Shown here: piece after piece, positions 26,601 to 39,366 of the stretch
Position numbering within the stretch: position 1 is the first letter of the stretch
Layout of the letters: every line of letters begins with the position of its first letter
Assembly (NCBI RefSeq): GCF_009834535.1
Contig: NC_045696.1
Span: forward strand, 59,894,001-59,958,000
DNA: 64,000 nt
Direction: 5' to 3'
Source of the DNA: Camelus ferus
Taxonomy: Eukaryota
The notes under the pieces: model-generated
Told to the model about the DNA's origin: nothing
Databases searched by the model: none
Seen by the model: only the letters and a program-made list of their open reading frames with translations
Program-made: the position numbers and the translations under genes

Positions 26601-29600
26601 CTTTGGAAAAGAGGCAACAAATGTGGGTGTTAGACGCGGTGTAGCAGCTGCACGTGGGTAACTGGGTGCGTGTCCCACGAGTCCCAGCCCTCCTGCCTGC
26701 CCCTGAAGGCTTCAGCCTCTCCCATCTTCAAATGTTTGGCCTCAGGGACTGTTTCTGCCTTGCCCTTCTTGTTGCCATCACACGGGGAAGCCCGAGGGCT
26801 CTTGGAGGAGCGTATGTGAGTGTATGTGCATGTCTAGTCCACAGGTCAAGCTGCAGGTTGGAGATTTCAAGTTCTGATATCAGGAGCCAAATCCCAACAA
26901 GAAGTTCCTGATGATGAAAGTGTGCCCAGCCTCGAAGAGGGGTCCTCACACCCCTATAGCCCCAATTCCCAGGATCCTCACCAGGGTACCTGGCTGGGAC
27001 AAAACAGCCAGCTGACGGCAAACCTGCAGGGAATCTGTGAGGTGATGGTGCTTGGTGGCCTGCAAGGAGGGTGAGAGCCCCTGAAACAGGGGCTTCCCTG
27101 GGAAACGGGGTGAGGAATGCAGAGCCAAGCGTGCTGGGAGGGCCACTGCCTCCTCCGAGCTGTGCCCCGGCACCAGAGTGCAGGCGGTGGCCTCACAGCG
27201 CCTCGGCCGCACGGGGGACAGCAGTCCTACCTACCCCACAGGCCTGTGGGGACCAAAGGGGCTGTGTGTCTGGAAAACTCCCCAGCAGAAATATGGAAGG
27301 ATGTCCAGTCACAGTGCATCACCTTTATTATTATCATTTTTAAATTCCTCGGGGTGAAGAGACCAGTTATGACACTTCCAGTGCAGAAACTGTGGATGGA
27401 ACGCCAGGCCTGGAAGGGAGCTGGGGGCCGTTTAAGTCGCCCACATTTTACAGGAGAGGGGAATGAGGCCAAAAAGCAGTCAGTGGCCGCAGGGTCCAGC
27501 ACCCAGGCACCTGCCTCTCCGATAAGTCCCTCCCGAGTCCCTACTCTCTTTCTGAACACTGAGGAGGAACGGGTGAGGGAGTGGATCGTGGAGAGAAAGC
27601 AGGTAAGACTTCTTACCAGGGTTCTAGTATAATATGCTTAAAAATTCACAGAACTGGCCACAAAATCCTACTCTCCTGGGAATGACTTCCTGGAAACATT
27701 TTAGAGTTAACAAACAAGTTGGTAATTTTTGCATTTGAGCCCCAGTGGGCAGGACAACTGAGACTCAGCTGGGGACCCGGGAGGGGTGGCTCCAGCTCTG
27801 GTCCTCCAGCCCCTGGATGAACACAGTGCAAGGAAAGGGGGCTGCTTCGGTCTCTGCTAGGACTCACCGGGCCCTCCATCCGCAGCCCCTGTTGTCATGA
27901 AAGCACAGGGCCACTTCCAGGAAACATTCCCTAATTATCCATGTGGACGTATCAGTTCAACCTGTGAGCTCCACGTACTGGGCTGAAGCTTGTGATGTAC
28001 TGTAGTCGTATATTAAAATAAGTCTGGCCTTTAAGCAAACAAAGTTGCTGAGACAGACTTTACTCAGAGAGCCTGTTAATTGAAATCAGCTGAGGCTGAA
28101 TGTGAACTCACCCAAGGTGAAGGGTGTGTTTGGTTAGCTCTAGAAAGTAGAGACGGGCTGTCCTGAAACCCTAGGGGAACAAAAGCACATAAGGCATTCG
28201 AAACCTGGTGGCTCTCAGCAAAGCATTAAGTAGAAAAACAGCCTGATATAGGGAACTATCAAAGGGATAAAAAAAAAAAGCTACAACTAGGGTGTGAAAG
28301 AGACAGAGGGTCAGCGTGGCCCAGAGACAAGTGAGCGGGAATAGTGAGCTACTCTGACGGCATCTTTGCTCCCCTCGCTCCTGTGGTATTGCTTAGTGGT
28401 TAACAAATCGAGTCTCTGTCTTCTTGGAAATGAATGCTTTAAACAGTTAAAGTTTAGGTTGTCTTCCCAAGGGCCTTTTAACTGATTTAAGCTAACCCTT
28501 GCTGCTCCAGAGGAAGGGAAGAAACGGGCCTTATCTGCTTTCATTAGTTCCATGTGTATCTCCTAGCTTGGCCCCGCCCCCCCATTAGCCTCCTGTGCCC
28601 CAAGGGCTGGGAGCATGTACTCGAAAGGGTTCCACTGGTGGGAGCTGACGGGAGGGCACCTCCCTCAGGCCTTAAATGTTGATAATGGCCCCAGTTCCAG
28701 GCTCAACCGGCCACAGCTATTTGGGCTCTAGGTCCAGGAGCCTAACCTCCTCCCCTGGGATGTTACTATTTGGATTTCTCCTGTTTCTCAGCTCTCAGTG
28801 GGTCTAAAGTGGATCTGTGTTTCTTCTTCCTTACTCTGCTGGCTCCCCTCTAATTACGCAAAATAAAATCCGGCCCTGTCTATCTCTTCTATCCATCTGC
28901 AGCCAGCTTTCAATTACCCTGAATTATTTGTGGCAAACATCCAACCTGGGGTCCCGCCACCCACCACATTTCTGAGCACGGCCTGACCGGCAGCCACGGC
29001 AGCTCAGGGAGCATGAACTCCTCTCATTAGGAGCCTGAGCCAGGCGTTTGGAAGGGAAACCTGCCAAGAAAATTGCACAGTTGCGTTTCCCAGCCAGAGA
29101 GAAACAACGTCGGCATTATTATTTGTTTCTGATGATCTGTGCCCTGCTTCCCTTTCTCCTGGCCCCTGAGCACGGGTGGTGATGGCACCGCTGTTTCTCT
29201 AGCAAAATGCAAGGGAAAGTGTCATCGTGCGTTCCTGATGGCATAACTCCCCGATTTCATTCATTCCCTCTCATTCCCACTCCGGTGGGGTGTGAAGGGC
29301 AGCGCCGTGGGGAGGTCAGCCGGGGAACGCGACCCCATGGCTGAGTCAGTGAAGGCCTGGAGCCCGCGTCCAGTCTCTGCACTCAGCAGCCGTACAGAGA
29401 CCTGCCCCATTATCTGTGCAAATGGAGCAGAAAATTCAAAAGCCACTGCGTTTTGTTCCTGGCATGCCTTATCTAGGTCGGTGTCCTCCTATTCAATTTA
29501 CCTTCTGATTATGTGTTGTTTAAAGCAGCATTTCCCATGGAGGTCCGTGAAGCATTGTTTGGGAGATGTTCATGTGACGGAGTGGGAAGCAAATTCATTT

Positions 29601-29973
29601 GGAAAAAAGATGCATGCTGGCTGAATCCCCTTTTGAAATACTCAGTAGCCCTCTAAAGACTCAAGAAGATGTTATTTTGGTACCAAAATCAGTTTAATTT
29701 CATTTAACTCAGTAATCTGGTAATTTCTAAACATGGTTAGGAAGAGCAATCTTTTTGTTGTTGTTGTTCTGTTTTTCTATTTTTTAACAAAATCCCCATG
29801 GAACCAGTGTTTCAAAGATACTAGTCTAGTTAATGATAGTAAGAGTTTTGCTCCTCAGGAAGGCCAGGTGGGGCAGGTGCAGGAGACGGGGAGTGAGAGG
29901 CTGGCCGGCCCTGACGGCTCACTGGGTGGGTGACAGTCCTAGTCTGAGGGAGAAGCTGGAGAGGGGCCATTAC

Positions 29974-30196
29974 CTCTTGGTGCTGCAAGCATCGGGGCAG
30001 GTCGGGCACTTCTCACACGTCTCCCCGAAGGCTCCTGGCTCAGTGCACTGGCACTGCCCGCAGACGCAGTGCCCGCGGTCGCTGCAGATCTGGCCATCCC
30101 TGGCCTGGCACGTGCTGATGTCTGTCGAGCAGTTACAGTTGTCCCCGATGTAGCCTGCGTGGCACTTGCATTCTCCGCAGTGACACTCGCCGTGGC
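29974..30196 (-). CDS. ITGB5: Integrin beta-5 exon 11 (I-EGF 3/4)
   Basis: ttag|GCCACG acceptor; GAG|gtaatg donor; 223 nt; [75 protein letters not shown] (hand-translated). Confidence 0.96.
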
Positions 30197-30454
30197 CTAA
30201 AGGGACACACGTAGCACATCAGCACCTGCCTGCCCGCACAAACATGCAACCAACCACCCCGTGCCTGGGTCCAACAGGACGAGACATTGGTGGTGCAGTC
30301 CCCTGGAGTCCGTCCGGGCAGAGAGGGCCTGGCGCTGACCTGGCGTGGCAGCAGGGGGCCCGGGCAGCGCATGTGTCTAAGTTGGTCTAGAAGTTGGCCA
30401 AGTTGTGCCACAGGCTCAGGACCCAGAGCTTCTCCCTGTGTCCGTTGTTTTGTA

Positions 30455-30915
30455 AATAATGGCCCCAGAACCTGTGAATGATATCCCGTACAGCAAAGGA
30501 GACTTTGCAGTGTGATTGAGTGAAGGATTTTGAGGTGGGAGAGTCTCCCAGATTCCCCAGCTGGGCCCTTAATGCCACCCCAAGGGTCCACACAAGAGGA
30601 AGGCAGAGGGACAGCTGACCACAGAAGGTAGGGGTAACGAAGAGAAGCAAGATGCTGTGCTGCCCCTTTGAAGGTGGAGGAAGGAAGAGGCCTCGAGGAG
30701 CCAAGGAATGCAAGGAATGCAGCGCTGGGAGATAGAAAGGCAAGGGACCGGACTCCCCCAGTTTCCAGAGGGAGCGGCGCCCTGCGGACACCTTGACTTT
30801 AGCCAGTGAAAACCGTTTCACACTCTGACCTCCAGGACTGTAAGAGAACACAGCTGAGGTGTTTTCAGTCACTAAATTGGTGGTAACTTGTTACAGCCAT
30901 GAAGGAAAGCAACAC
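30455..30915 (+). mobile_element. MaLR MLT1C/D-like solo LTR
   Basis: aataatggcccc...gactttgcagtgtgattgagtgaaggattttgaggtgggag...gacctccaggactgtaagagaac...gtggtaacttgttacagc. Confidence 0.75.
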
Positions 30916-31099
30916 AGTCACTGCCCTCAGTCTCAGTGAGACGCTTGCTGGTTCCTGCTCTGGCCTCGCAGCCGTGGCCCAGAGCAGGATGACTCGGGGC
31001 AGGTGCGGGGGCAGGTGCGGGGGCAGCAGCGGTCAGGGCTAACACTGAACTCACTGCGTCTGTGTCAAGCTTTACAGCACGAACTTGAGGAAATCTTAC

Positions 31100-31260
31100 A
31101 ACCACCCATGTGGAAGGGACTGTCACCATCCTTGCTTCACAAGTGACAAACCTGAGACACAGGATGAAGCGGCTCGCTGGGGTCAGATAGCCAGTGGCAC
31201 AAGGACTCGAACCAGGGAGTGTGGCTGCAGGGCCCACGGTCTGAACTCCAAGATCCACTG
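31100..31260 (-). mobile_element. MIR fragment
   Basis: ccatccttgcttcacaagtgacaaacctgagacacagg...ggactcgaaccagg. Confidence 0.55.
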
Positions 31261-34200
31261 CCTCTCAGGAGAGGTCAGAGCAGCCCTAACTGAGATGAGG
31301 ACCGGCTGAAGATCCCCTGCTCCCCCTGCAGGAGGAACCTCTTCCACAGCCTGCAAGGGATGTGGGGCTGGGCATCCCCTCCTGGTTCTGCGGCACCAAG
31401 GGCAGAGGAACTGCTGGGCTCAGAGGCCTGAGTGAGTGAGTGTGTGCACCAGGCACGTGTGTGTGAGTGGGTGCGCGTACGCACGCTGGACAGTGAAAAG
31501 CTCGGAGAGTGCCAGCTTCCAAGGGACACAAGAGCCCAGCAGTCAGTGGTTCTCCATTCTCTGCACTAACAGGGGCAGGAAGCTACGAATGGCACTTAAG
31601 TTTTAAAAATCTTCCTGAGACTGTTATTGCAGCATACTTTCCTTCCTGATGCCGTTCTGCTAAAGCTAGTATTAATAGGGTCAAGAATTTGTATTTACTG
31701 AGCCCCCACTGACATACCAGCAGAAGAGCAGACAGGCAGGAGGGAGCGTGGGACAGATTAGGCTCCCACCCTGAGTCAGTTATCCTGCTACTTGGAGCTC
31801 AGCACCTGCTGTGAGACCCCTAGTGAGTGTGACCCACAATTTAGGTCAGGACCTAACTCCAGAGAGCCTCTTCACTCCCACTTCCGTCCTGTCCCGCCCT
31901 GTGCCACGACTGCTCTGTAGTGCCCAGAATCTGCAGGAGGCAGGAAGGCCATCTGGAGCCACCGAGCCTCCCCAACCTCCCTGAGCCTCCCCAACCTCCC
32001 TTACGTGTGGGACAGCCTCTCCACTGCCCAGGAACTGGGAGCCCAGCAGACACTGTGCGAGGACAGAGCGCCCTCCCACGTCACGGCCAGTGTGGAGGCA
32101 TGTGGCAGCCCTCTGGGAGAGCTGAGGAAAGCCAGGTCCAAGCCAGGAGGAGGCTGTGCAGGGCCTGGAAGCTGGCGCGTGATGTGTGGGCCACAGGCAA
32201 GAGCAGCACCCCTGCTCAAGGGTTACAGGGCGCGGGTGGGGGCGTGCAGCAGAGCTCCTGGCTGGGGGAGGGGAGGCCTGCACGCCTCTCCTCTCCACCA
32301 ATCCCTCTCCTCTCCACCAATCCCGGAACTGTCCTGGCAGACAGGAAACCACCCTCCACAGGAAGTCTTCCCAAATGGATCCAATCCGCACAACTTCCTC
32401 ACTCTCCAGCCTCAGGACCACATTGGTCAAGAGCCTGTTTTAAATTAAAATGGTTCACTGTCAGGTTAATTTCACCCCAACATTTTATTTTGAAAATTTC
32501 CAAACCTGCAGCCAACTTGAAATGACCGTGCAGTGAACAGCCATCTACTTACCACCCCACTCCACCATTAGCATGTTGCCTGCTGCTTTATCCCATACCT
32601 GTCCATCCCTCTATCCCTCCATCCATCCATCAATCCACATTTTTTTAAATGCATTTCAAAGTGAGTTGCAGCTATCAGTGCACTTCAGGGGTAGGTTTTT
32701 AACAGAGCTCTGGCCGCTCCAGTGGTTTGTACCGCACACCACCCCATAAAATAAAAATACAAGAAGTAAAAGGTATGGTTGGTGCCATATTTACAAGCAG
32801 CAAAGACACTACTCGGGCCAGGGGGACTGCTTTGTTGGAGATGATGCGTATTGTTTTCCTTCCTCCTCCAAATGTTTCTGGCAGCAATGTGATAAAATGA
32901 ACCCAATAGAGCCTAACCCAATATTCCAAAGTGTCAGAGGTTTGGAGAAGAGGTAGTATATGATTTTGCTCTGGGTGAAGGGTCAGGGTGTGTGCTAAAG
33001 GGAGAAGTTGCTCCCCTGCTGGGCAGCTACTGTGAAAATGCCAAAGCTGCCAGCTGCCCCATCCTTTCCCCATGACACTTAACTGGCAAGTAAACCCAGC
33101 TGCCCTGGGTACATCTGACACCATGCCAGCTCCAAAACCCAGTCCAAGGTCAAAGCAGTTGAGTGTGGCCCCAGATCTTGGGTTCAAGGAGAGAGAGAGA
33201 GAGTTGGGGATCCAGGGCAGGAGACAGAAGGAGCTGGTGATGCACCGAAGGTCACCGCCATTTCCTGGAGAAGGACAGGACTCACTGCCGGAGACACAGC
33301 CTTTCCTGAAAGCCTCCCGCCACGCCCAAGGCAGCGGCGTACAAAGACCTGGGCGCGGGCAGGGCCGGCTGGGTGGGCAGCGGGCAGGCGCTGCTGAGGA
33401 CTACAGGGCATGCGAACGTCCCTCGTGTGGCTTTCAAGCCCCAAACATGCGCCAACTCCAAAGCAAGTCCCGGCAGCCACACTAGGAAAGAAGGCACGTG
33501 TGGTGAAGTGGCTGAAGCCACCTGAGTGCTTGCCCTCAGGGACCCCCTGGATGGCCCCAGTTTAGTCCGTCAGGTAGTTCATTGCCTTTCAGAGACGAGA
33601 GTAAAGCAGCTGTGGCAGAGGTGCGGCGCGGGCCGCCACATCCTCCCTCCCTCCCCCGGCAGCGTGCTGGTGCACCAGGGGCCTCTCTCCCAGGCAGCCC
33701 GGGCTTGGCCTCAGAACCCTCAACACTGCACTCCCAGGGGGTTCTACCAGCTGAGGGGGGCAGGCACGCAAGATACACCCACTTGTTATCTCGGTTTAAA
33801 GCTTCCAAGTCTCCTCTGAAAGTGTGATCCACGTAGAGTGTCAAAAACAATGTAAGTCCGGTCTCATTTTATCCTAATCCAAGTGTCTGGGCCTCAACCT
33901 GCCTTTCCCTTGACCTGCATGCGGGGAGATTTCCACATCTTCTGGTCAGCCCTTGGCCTCTCCTGATGCCCTAGTAGTAACACATGTTATTAAAATGACA
34001 AGGGTCATTTGGCCCCGTCCCCAAGCTCAATAATCCATCAATCACCAGGAGAACGGAATGGGGAAGAGGGAACACGATCCTGGCTAATGGCACCCAGAGG
34101 ACCGAAGCAGGGGCTCTTCATCAAAACACAGCTTATTTATAATGCCCCCCCAACACCTGGGCAAACTGGGCTGAACTTAATGATGCCTGTTTAATACCGT

Positions 34201-35020
34201 GCAGACGTAAAAAATATTTTCGTTACACACAGACAGGGATGTTGAAGGGCATGTGAAGGCGCTCTGTAAGCTGTGAACTGCTGCATGTGCAAGTTATTAG
34301 TACCTTTGTTAGAATGAGTGATAGCTAAATGGACAGGAAGTTGTAAATGTGTCTATTTATACAGAATTTCAGCTTGACAGAATTCAACAGCTTTCCATCA
34401 GCAAAGCAGTGCTTGTGTGGGCCGTGGGCCAAGAGCAGGCCCCTGCTATTTAGAGGCAGGGGTACCCTTGAAGCAGGCGAGGAAGGAGCTGCCGGAGAGG
34501 AGGGAGGGGACGCGTGAGGAAACCCCAGCATCAATGCTCCACAGGGGTCAGGAAGGGCAAAGGCGATATCCACTGACAGAGCAGGGAGGAAGTGGCCTCA
34601 GTGAGCAGAGCAACTCCCCCAGGGAATCTGGTTGTGCAGGGAAAGGAGGAGATGCGGGGAAGGAGGCTGGGGATTTTGAAGAGGGGATGTAGTTGAGCAT
34701 TCTTCTGATTAAAGAGAAAGATTCAGAAGAGACAAAGTTCTAGGGGAAGTGGAGGGAGGGAAGAGCAAACTCCAGAGATTACAATAGGAGAGACAGTGGA
34801 GGGAGAGGGCAGCTGGGGGGTAAGGGCTGTGGCGGGAGGAGCTCAGGGTAACAGCTGCGTGAAAGGCCGGGTGGCTGTACTGGAGACAAGTTCAAGTCTG
34901 TCTCCACCATCAGCTAAGTCACCTTGGGCAAGTCCCTAAACCTGACTGATGATCATTTCCTCATCGTCAGTGAGAACAAGGCCTTCCTGGTGGGAGGGTC
35001 GTCAGAAATATTGGTGCCAA

Positions 35021-35605
35021 TGTTGGGGGAGAATAGGTCCTTGCCTCACGCAGGAAAGAATTCAAAAGCAAGGCATGGTAAAGTGAACGCAAGTTTATTT
35101 AGAGAGATACCTCCATAGACAGAGTGCAGTCTGTCTCCCTCAGAAGGGAGAATGGCTCAGGAGATACACACTCCATAGGCAGAGTGTGGCCCATCTCAGA
35201 AAGGTGAGAGGGAGAGAAGCCAAGGTGTGGGGTATTTAAAGTAAAAGCTGATACGCACTCCACAGAGTGTGGGCCACCTCAGAAGGCGAGTGTGACAGAG
35301 CTGGGGCAACAGAGCCAGAGCGAGAGCGACCGTGAGGTGGGGTGGTTAGTTTTTATGGGCTCAGCAATTTCACATGCTAATGAGTAGGATTATTCCAACT
35401 ACTCTGAGGAAGGGGCAAGGATTTCACACTTTTTGAGCTTTTATGGTCAGCCTGGGAAATGCCATGGCGCCTGTGGGTGTGCCATGAGGCTCAAGGTCTA
35501 CTGGAAGTCGAATATTCCGCCATCTTGGTTCTAACCGGTCTACCTGTCCTCAGTTGCTGTGTCGCTCCTTCAGTGGTTGTGCCCTGCCCCCTCCCCCTGA
35601 CTCCA
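35021..35605 (-). mobile_element. ERV solo LTR with internal sub-repeats
   Basis: TG...CA ends; on the minus strand a TATA-like CATAAAA near 35350 precedes AATAAA at 35094-35099; three related sub-repeats at 35104-35286. Confidence 0.6.
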
Positions 35606-36019
35606 CCACTGCACATAAAGCCCCTGCTGCGGCACACAACCACCCCTGGAGCTGAGCGAGCAACGGGCTTGGAGGCCAGTGTGTTGGACTGAGTCACAGC
35701 GCCTCCGTGCAGGGGTGACAGGGACAGGCAGGGAGGAGGAAAAGTCAGGGATCACACAGTGGGAGGGCACAACCTCAGAGAGCGGGTGGAAAGCAAGGGT
35801 CTGCTAACTGAGAAGAATGCCATCTCTGTGTGGGAGGAGGCCAGTCCTGAAGCTCTCAGGAAAAGGAGGGGGTGGGCATTCCTGCATAAGGCAGAGGCTG
35901 AAGGGGAGCTTGTTTACTGTGGAGCATGGGTGGCAGACAACAGAGGGGGGATACAAGGAAATATTCGGAAAATGAGGCAGCAGAGTGTGGTGGTTGACAC
36001 GTGGCTTCTGCAATCAGAG

Positions 36020-36210
36020 CCTGGGTTGGCCTCCTGAATCTGCAATTTACCAGCAGTGACTGATGGTTACCCTCTCTGCATCTTGGTTTCTTCATTTTAA
36101 AATGAGGCCAATAAAGATGCCTCCCTCAGTGGGTTTTTGTGTGAGTTCAATCACTTAAGCTGCATAAAGCACTTAGTGTTTGGCATATAGTAAGTGCTCA
36201 GTTAATGCAG
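36020..36210 (+). mobile_element. MIR SINE
   Basis: accctctctgcatcttggtttcttcattttaaaatgagg...aaagcacttagtgtttggcatatagtaagtgctca. Confidence 0.7.
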
Positions 36211-38289
36211 GCTGGCTTCATCATGTTGTTATGGGGAGGGTGATCGCAGGGAGGCATGGGGTAGATCTTCTCAGAGAATGGGAGAAGGAAACATTTTCTG
36301 GGAGCTTGGATCAAAAACTTCCAAGGTTAAAAGCTCCCATAAGATTACCTAATCCACATCCAGCCAAAAGTGAGAACCCCCAGGGCCTGGTGGAGTTGCT
36401 CACTGGCCCCTCAGAGCCTGAGCCCTGCTGGGGAGCTCTCTGGCCCTCAGCAGGAGGGGGACAGCTGGATGTCCAGGGCAGGACATCTGTGGCCCTGAGC
36501 CCCAAGCTGAACTCTGGGTCTGCAGAGGCCCGAAGTGGCCCTGGGGTGACCTCAGAGGATGTGCCTGAGGGCCCTGGGGCTGGAGGAAGGAAGGAGGCAG
36601 CCTGGGACAGGGCAGAAACAAGAAGTGGGTCTCTTCTCCCTGTCCTGGCTGGGCTCAAGAGCAAGGGTCACAACCAAGCAGACGTCAGATCATCTCTCCA
36701 TAGCTGGTCCAAAAATAGTTCCCATCCAGCTCCGGAATGTAGCTTCCGCCTCCGCCACCCACCCTCCACCTCGAGGCTCCACCCCCCCCCCCCCACCTCG
36801 AGGCTCTGGCAGAGGGAGGGCTGGGCTGAGCTCCCCAGGAGGGAAGGGTGCTTCCCTTGCTCTTCTCCCAGTCTCCCTCCCTCTGCCTCTCCCCACAGTC
36901 AGTGTCCCTGGCACACAAGCGTGCACCCTCTGTTTCTGCCTCTCCCAGAGCACCCCATGGGCATCTCCCTCTCGCAGCCCCCAGCATCCCTCCTCTCACA
37001 GCCCTCTGTCTGCCCATCTCCCCATCTCTCCCCTCTTCTCAGGATAGGTGGCGTGTAAACAGGAAGTGGTAAGAGAGAAAAGAGACAGGAGGGGTGTGGG
37101 CTGGAAAGCCTCTGCTCACTTGGGTGACCTCCCTGTCACAGAAGGCAGTCTGGTCTGCAGTGTGGACACCTCTGGGTGAGACCCTGGGCCTGACTTCTGG
37201 AACTCTTCAAAGCCACCACCTGAGAAGAGTAGGAAAACCCGCACAGAGCCTCTGTTCCACCGCTGTCTGTGTGACTCGGGGCCCCAGACACAGCTGAGCA
37301 GAGAGGCACATGGACCTGCCCTCCTCAGCACGAGGTGGGAGTCCGGAGCAGCTCTCTGAGCCCATGTACGCAAAGCAGAGGGGCCGGAGTCACAGACATC
37401 CCAGGCACTCACTCAAGTCTCCGTGGAGAACCACAGCCAGACGCGGGCTGACCTCTCTGTGGCCAAACGCACACACGGGCTTCCAGAGGGAAGGGGAAAT
37501 CCCTCCTAGTGGGGCGCGCTGCCTGGCGCTTTGTGGACCAGCAGGTTAGGTTACACAACGGCCCGCTGGGCTGCCTGTGCGGCAGGGAGGGTGTTCTCTG
37601 TGTCTCCCAGCCTGGTCCCCCCGGGGACGCGCCCCTCCCACCATCTCCGCGTTTCCTTCCACGCGCTGGCTTTGGTGCCGCCAAAGTGGAGAACAGAGAT
37701 TTTTGAAATGCACAGGACAGCCACCCAGTTCCCTCATGAGGGATCAGCCTGGCTCCGGGCACCTCAGCAGAAACTAAATGAACCTCCAGGGGCCAGAGAG
37801 AAGTCGCTCTGGAACGGCTGTGTCCTTCTCACCACGGGCTTCCTAAGCCTGTAAACACAGCCTTCTCTTGGCAAGGAGGAGTTACTGACTGGAGAACCCT
37901 CCAGCTAAGGGAAGGGCTGCTCCTCCCCAAGAAAGCACAGCACTGCCCCGGCTCGGCACCGACCCCGGAGCTCAGCTCTCGGGAAAGCCTCACACCAGCC
38001 CAGTCCCACTCCTGCCACTCTCCTTGGAACACCTGGCAAGGCTCGGCAGGGGGCGCCGGGGCACCTTTTTTAGGCGGGAGCTATGGTGCAACCTCAGCCA
38101 CCCGCTGGCCAGACCGGGCAGTGGTCCAGGTTCTCCATCAGTAAAAGGCAGAGAGTGCCTGTCGGTCTCAGGACTGGGTCAATTCTTTGTAAATGTGTGA
38201 TAAAGAAATGTATTGTTTACTGCCTTCAAGAAACTTCTAATTTCACTGAAGTATCAAGCCATTAAAATCTCTTAACAGAGAAACTTCAT

Positions 38290-38525
38290 GGAATACTTAC
38301 AGTAGGACAGGCATTATTCTAAGCACTTTACTTGGATTATCTCATTAGTCCTTCCAATCACTCTGCATAGTAGTACCATTATTACCCTAATTTTTGCAAA
38401 TATGGAAAATGAGGCCCAGAGAGGCCAAGTAATTTATCCAAAGTCACACAGCAGGTGGGTGTCAGGGCTAGGATTTAAACCACATTTATTTGACTCTGGA
38501 GCGCATATTCCTAACTACATGTACT
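38290..38525 (-). mobile_element. MIR SINE
   Basis: MIR core: attattaccctaattttt...atggaaaatgaggcccagagaggccaagtaatttatccaaagtcacacagc. Confidence 0.75.
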
Positions 38526-38975
38526 ACCTCTCTAATATAGTCCAGTCATGACTAAGTAATGAAAACTAAAACAACACATAAGATAAATGTTAAAGGTGAC
38601 CCAGGCTGTGTTATAGTTTAAAAACGTACAACAGATCCATCTACAGGGCTGGCTCTTTTAGTCACTGATCATTAAATCACCCTTGGCCTCCATGTTCCTA
38701 TCTGTAAAGTAACAGAGGTAACTTGGTGAGCTCTACCATTCCTCCACCACTGACGTTTACTGTTCTAGGTCAGAGCAGGGAGAAATCCAGAGAGCCTGGG
38801 ACAAGCTCTGGGTTAAGCTACAGGTTTTGGAAGAGTAGAGAAGAGAAAGCATTTTGGACGCAAAAAATAGAGTGGGTTCACTTGTGAGGATGGATTGAGA
38901 GAGTGGGCAGCCTGGAAGGGAAGTACTTGAAAAGTAGACACGAGAATGGGTAACAAGGGGCTAGAGACGGACTTG

Positions 38976-38980
<5 letters not shown>

Positions 38981-39032
<52 letters not shown>

Positions 39033-39038
39033 CGCGCG
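38981..39038. repeat. Compound microsatellite (TG)22(CG)7
   Basis: Counted directly from the sequence. Confidence 0.95.
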
Positions 39039-39366
39039 CATGTGGCAAGCACGCATATGTATAAATAGATGGAAGAAAGGGAGGGGAGAAAGGGAAAGAG
39101 GAAGAGAGGATGATTGAGGAGGAAGGAGGGCCTGAGGGCTGATCGAGCCTCAGACGCAGCAGGACACAGCCATCTGGGACCCAGAGGACCTGCTGTGGTG
39201 GAACCATGGGGCTGAATCCAAACTGGACTGAGGTGAGGGCTGACTGGGAGGTGACACATGAAGCCAGTGGGTGTAGACAAATGTTCTGTGAAACATGGCT
39301 GTGAACATGGAGGAAAGAGGAGCTTGCAGGGAGCAGGCCGGGAGGCTGAGAGTTTCTCTTTTCCTA

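Noticed and set aside
35104..35286. CRISPR-like repeat-spacer array
   Set aside because: Only three diverged units of uneven spacing inside an LTR in mammalian DNA; no cas genes
36180..37058. Longest non-exonic ORF (292 aa)
   Set aside because: Starts in a MIR, is low-complexity Pro/Ser-rich, crosses a C13 run and has no recognisable domain; expected by chance in GC-rich DNA
38813..39280. ORFs with HTHTHT/ARARA repeats
   Set aside because: Translation of the (TG)n(CG)n microsatellite
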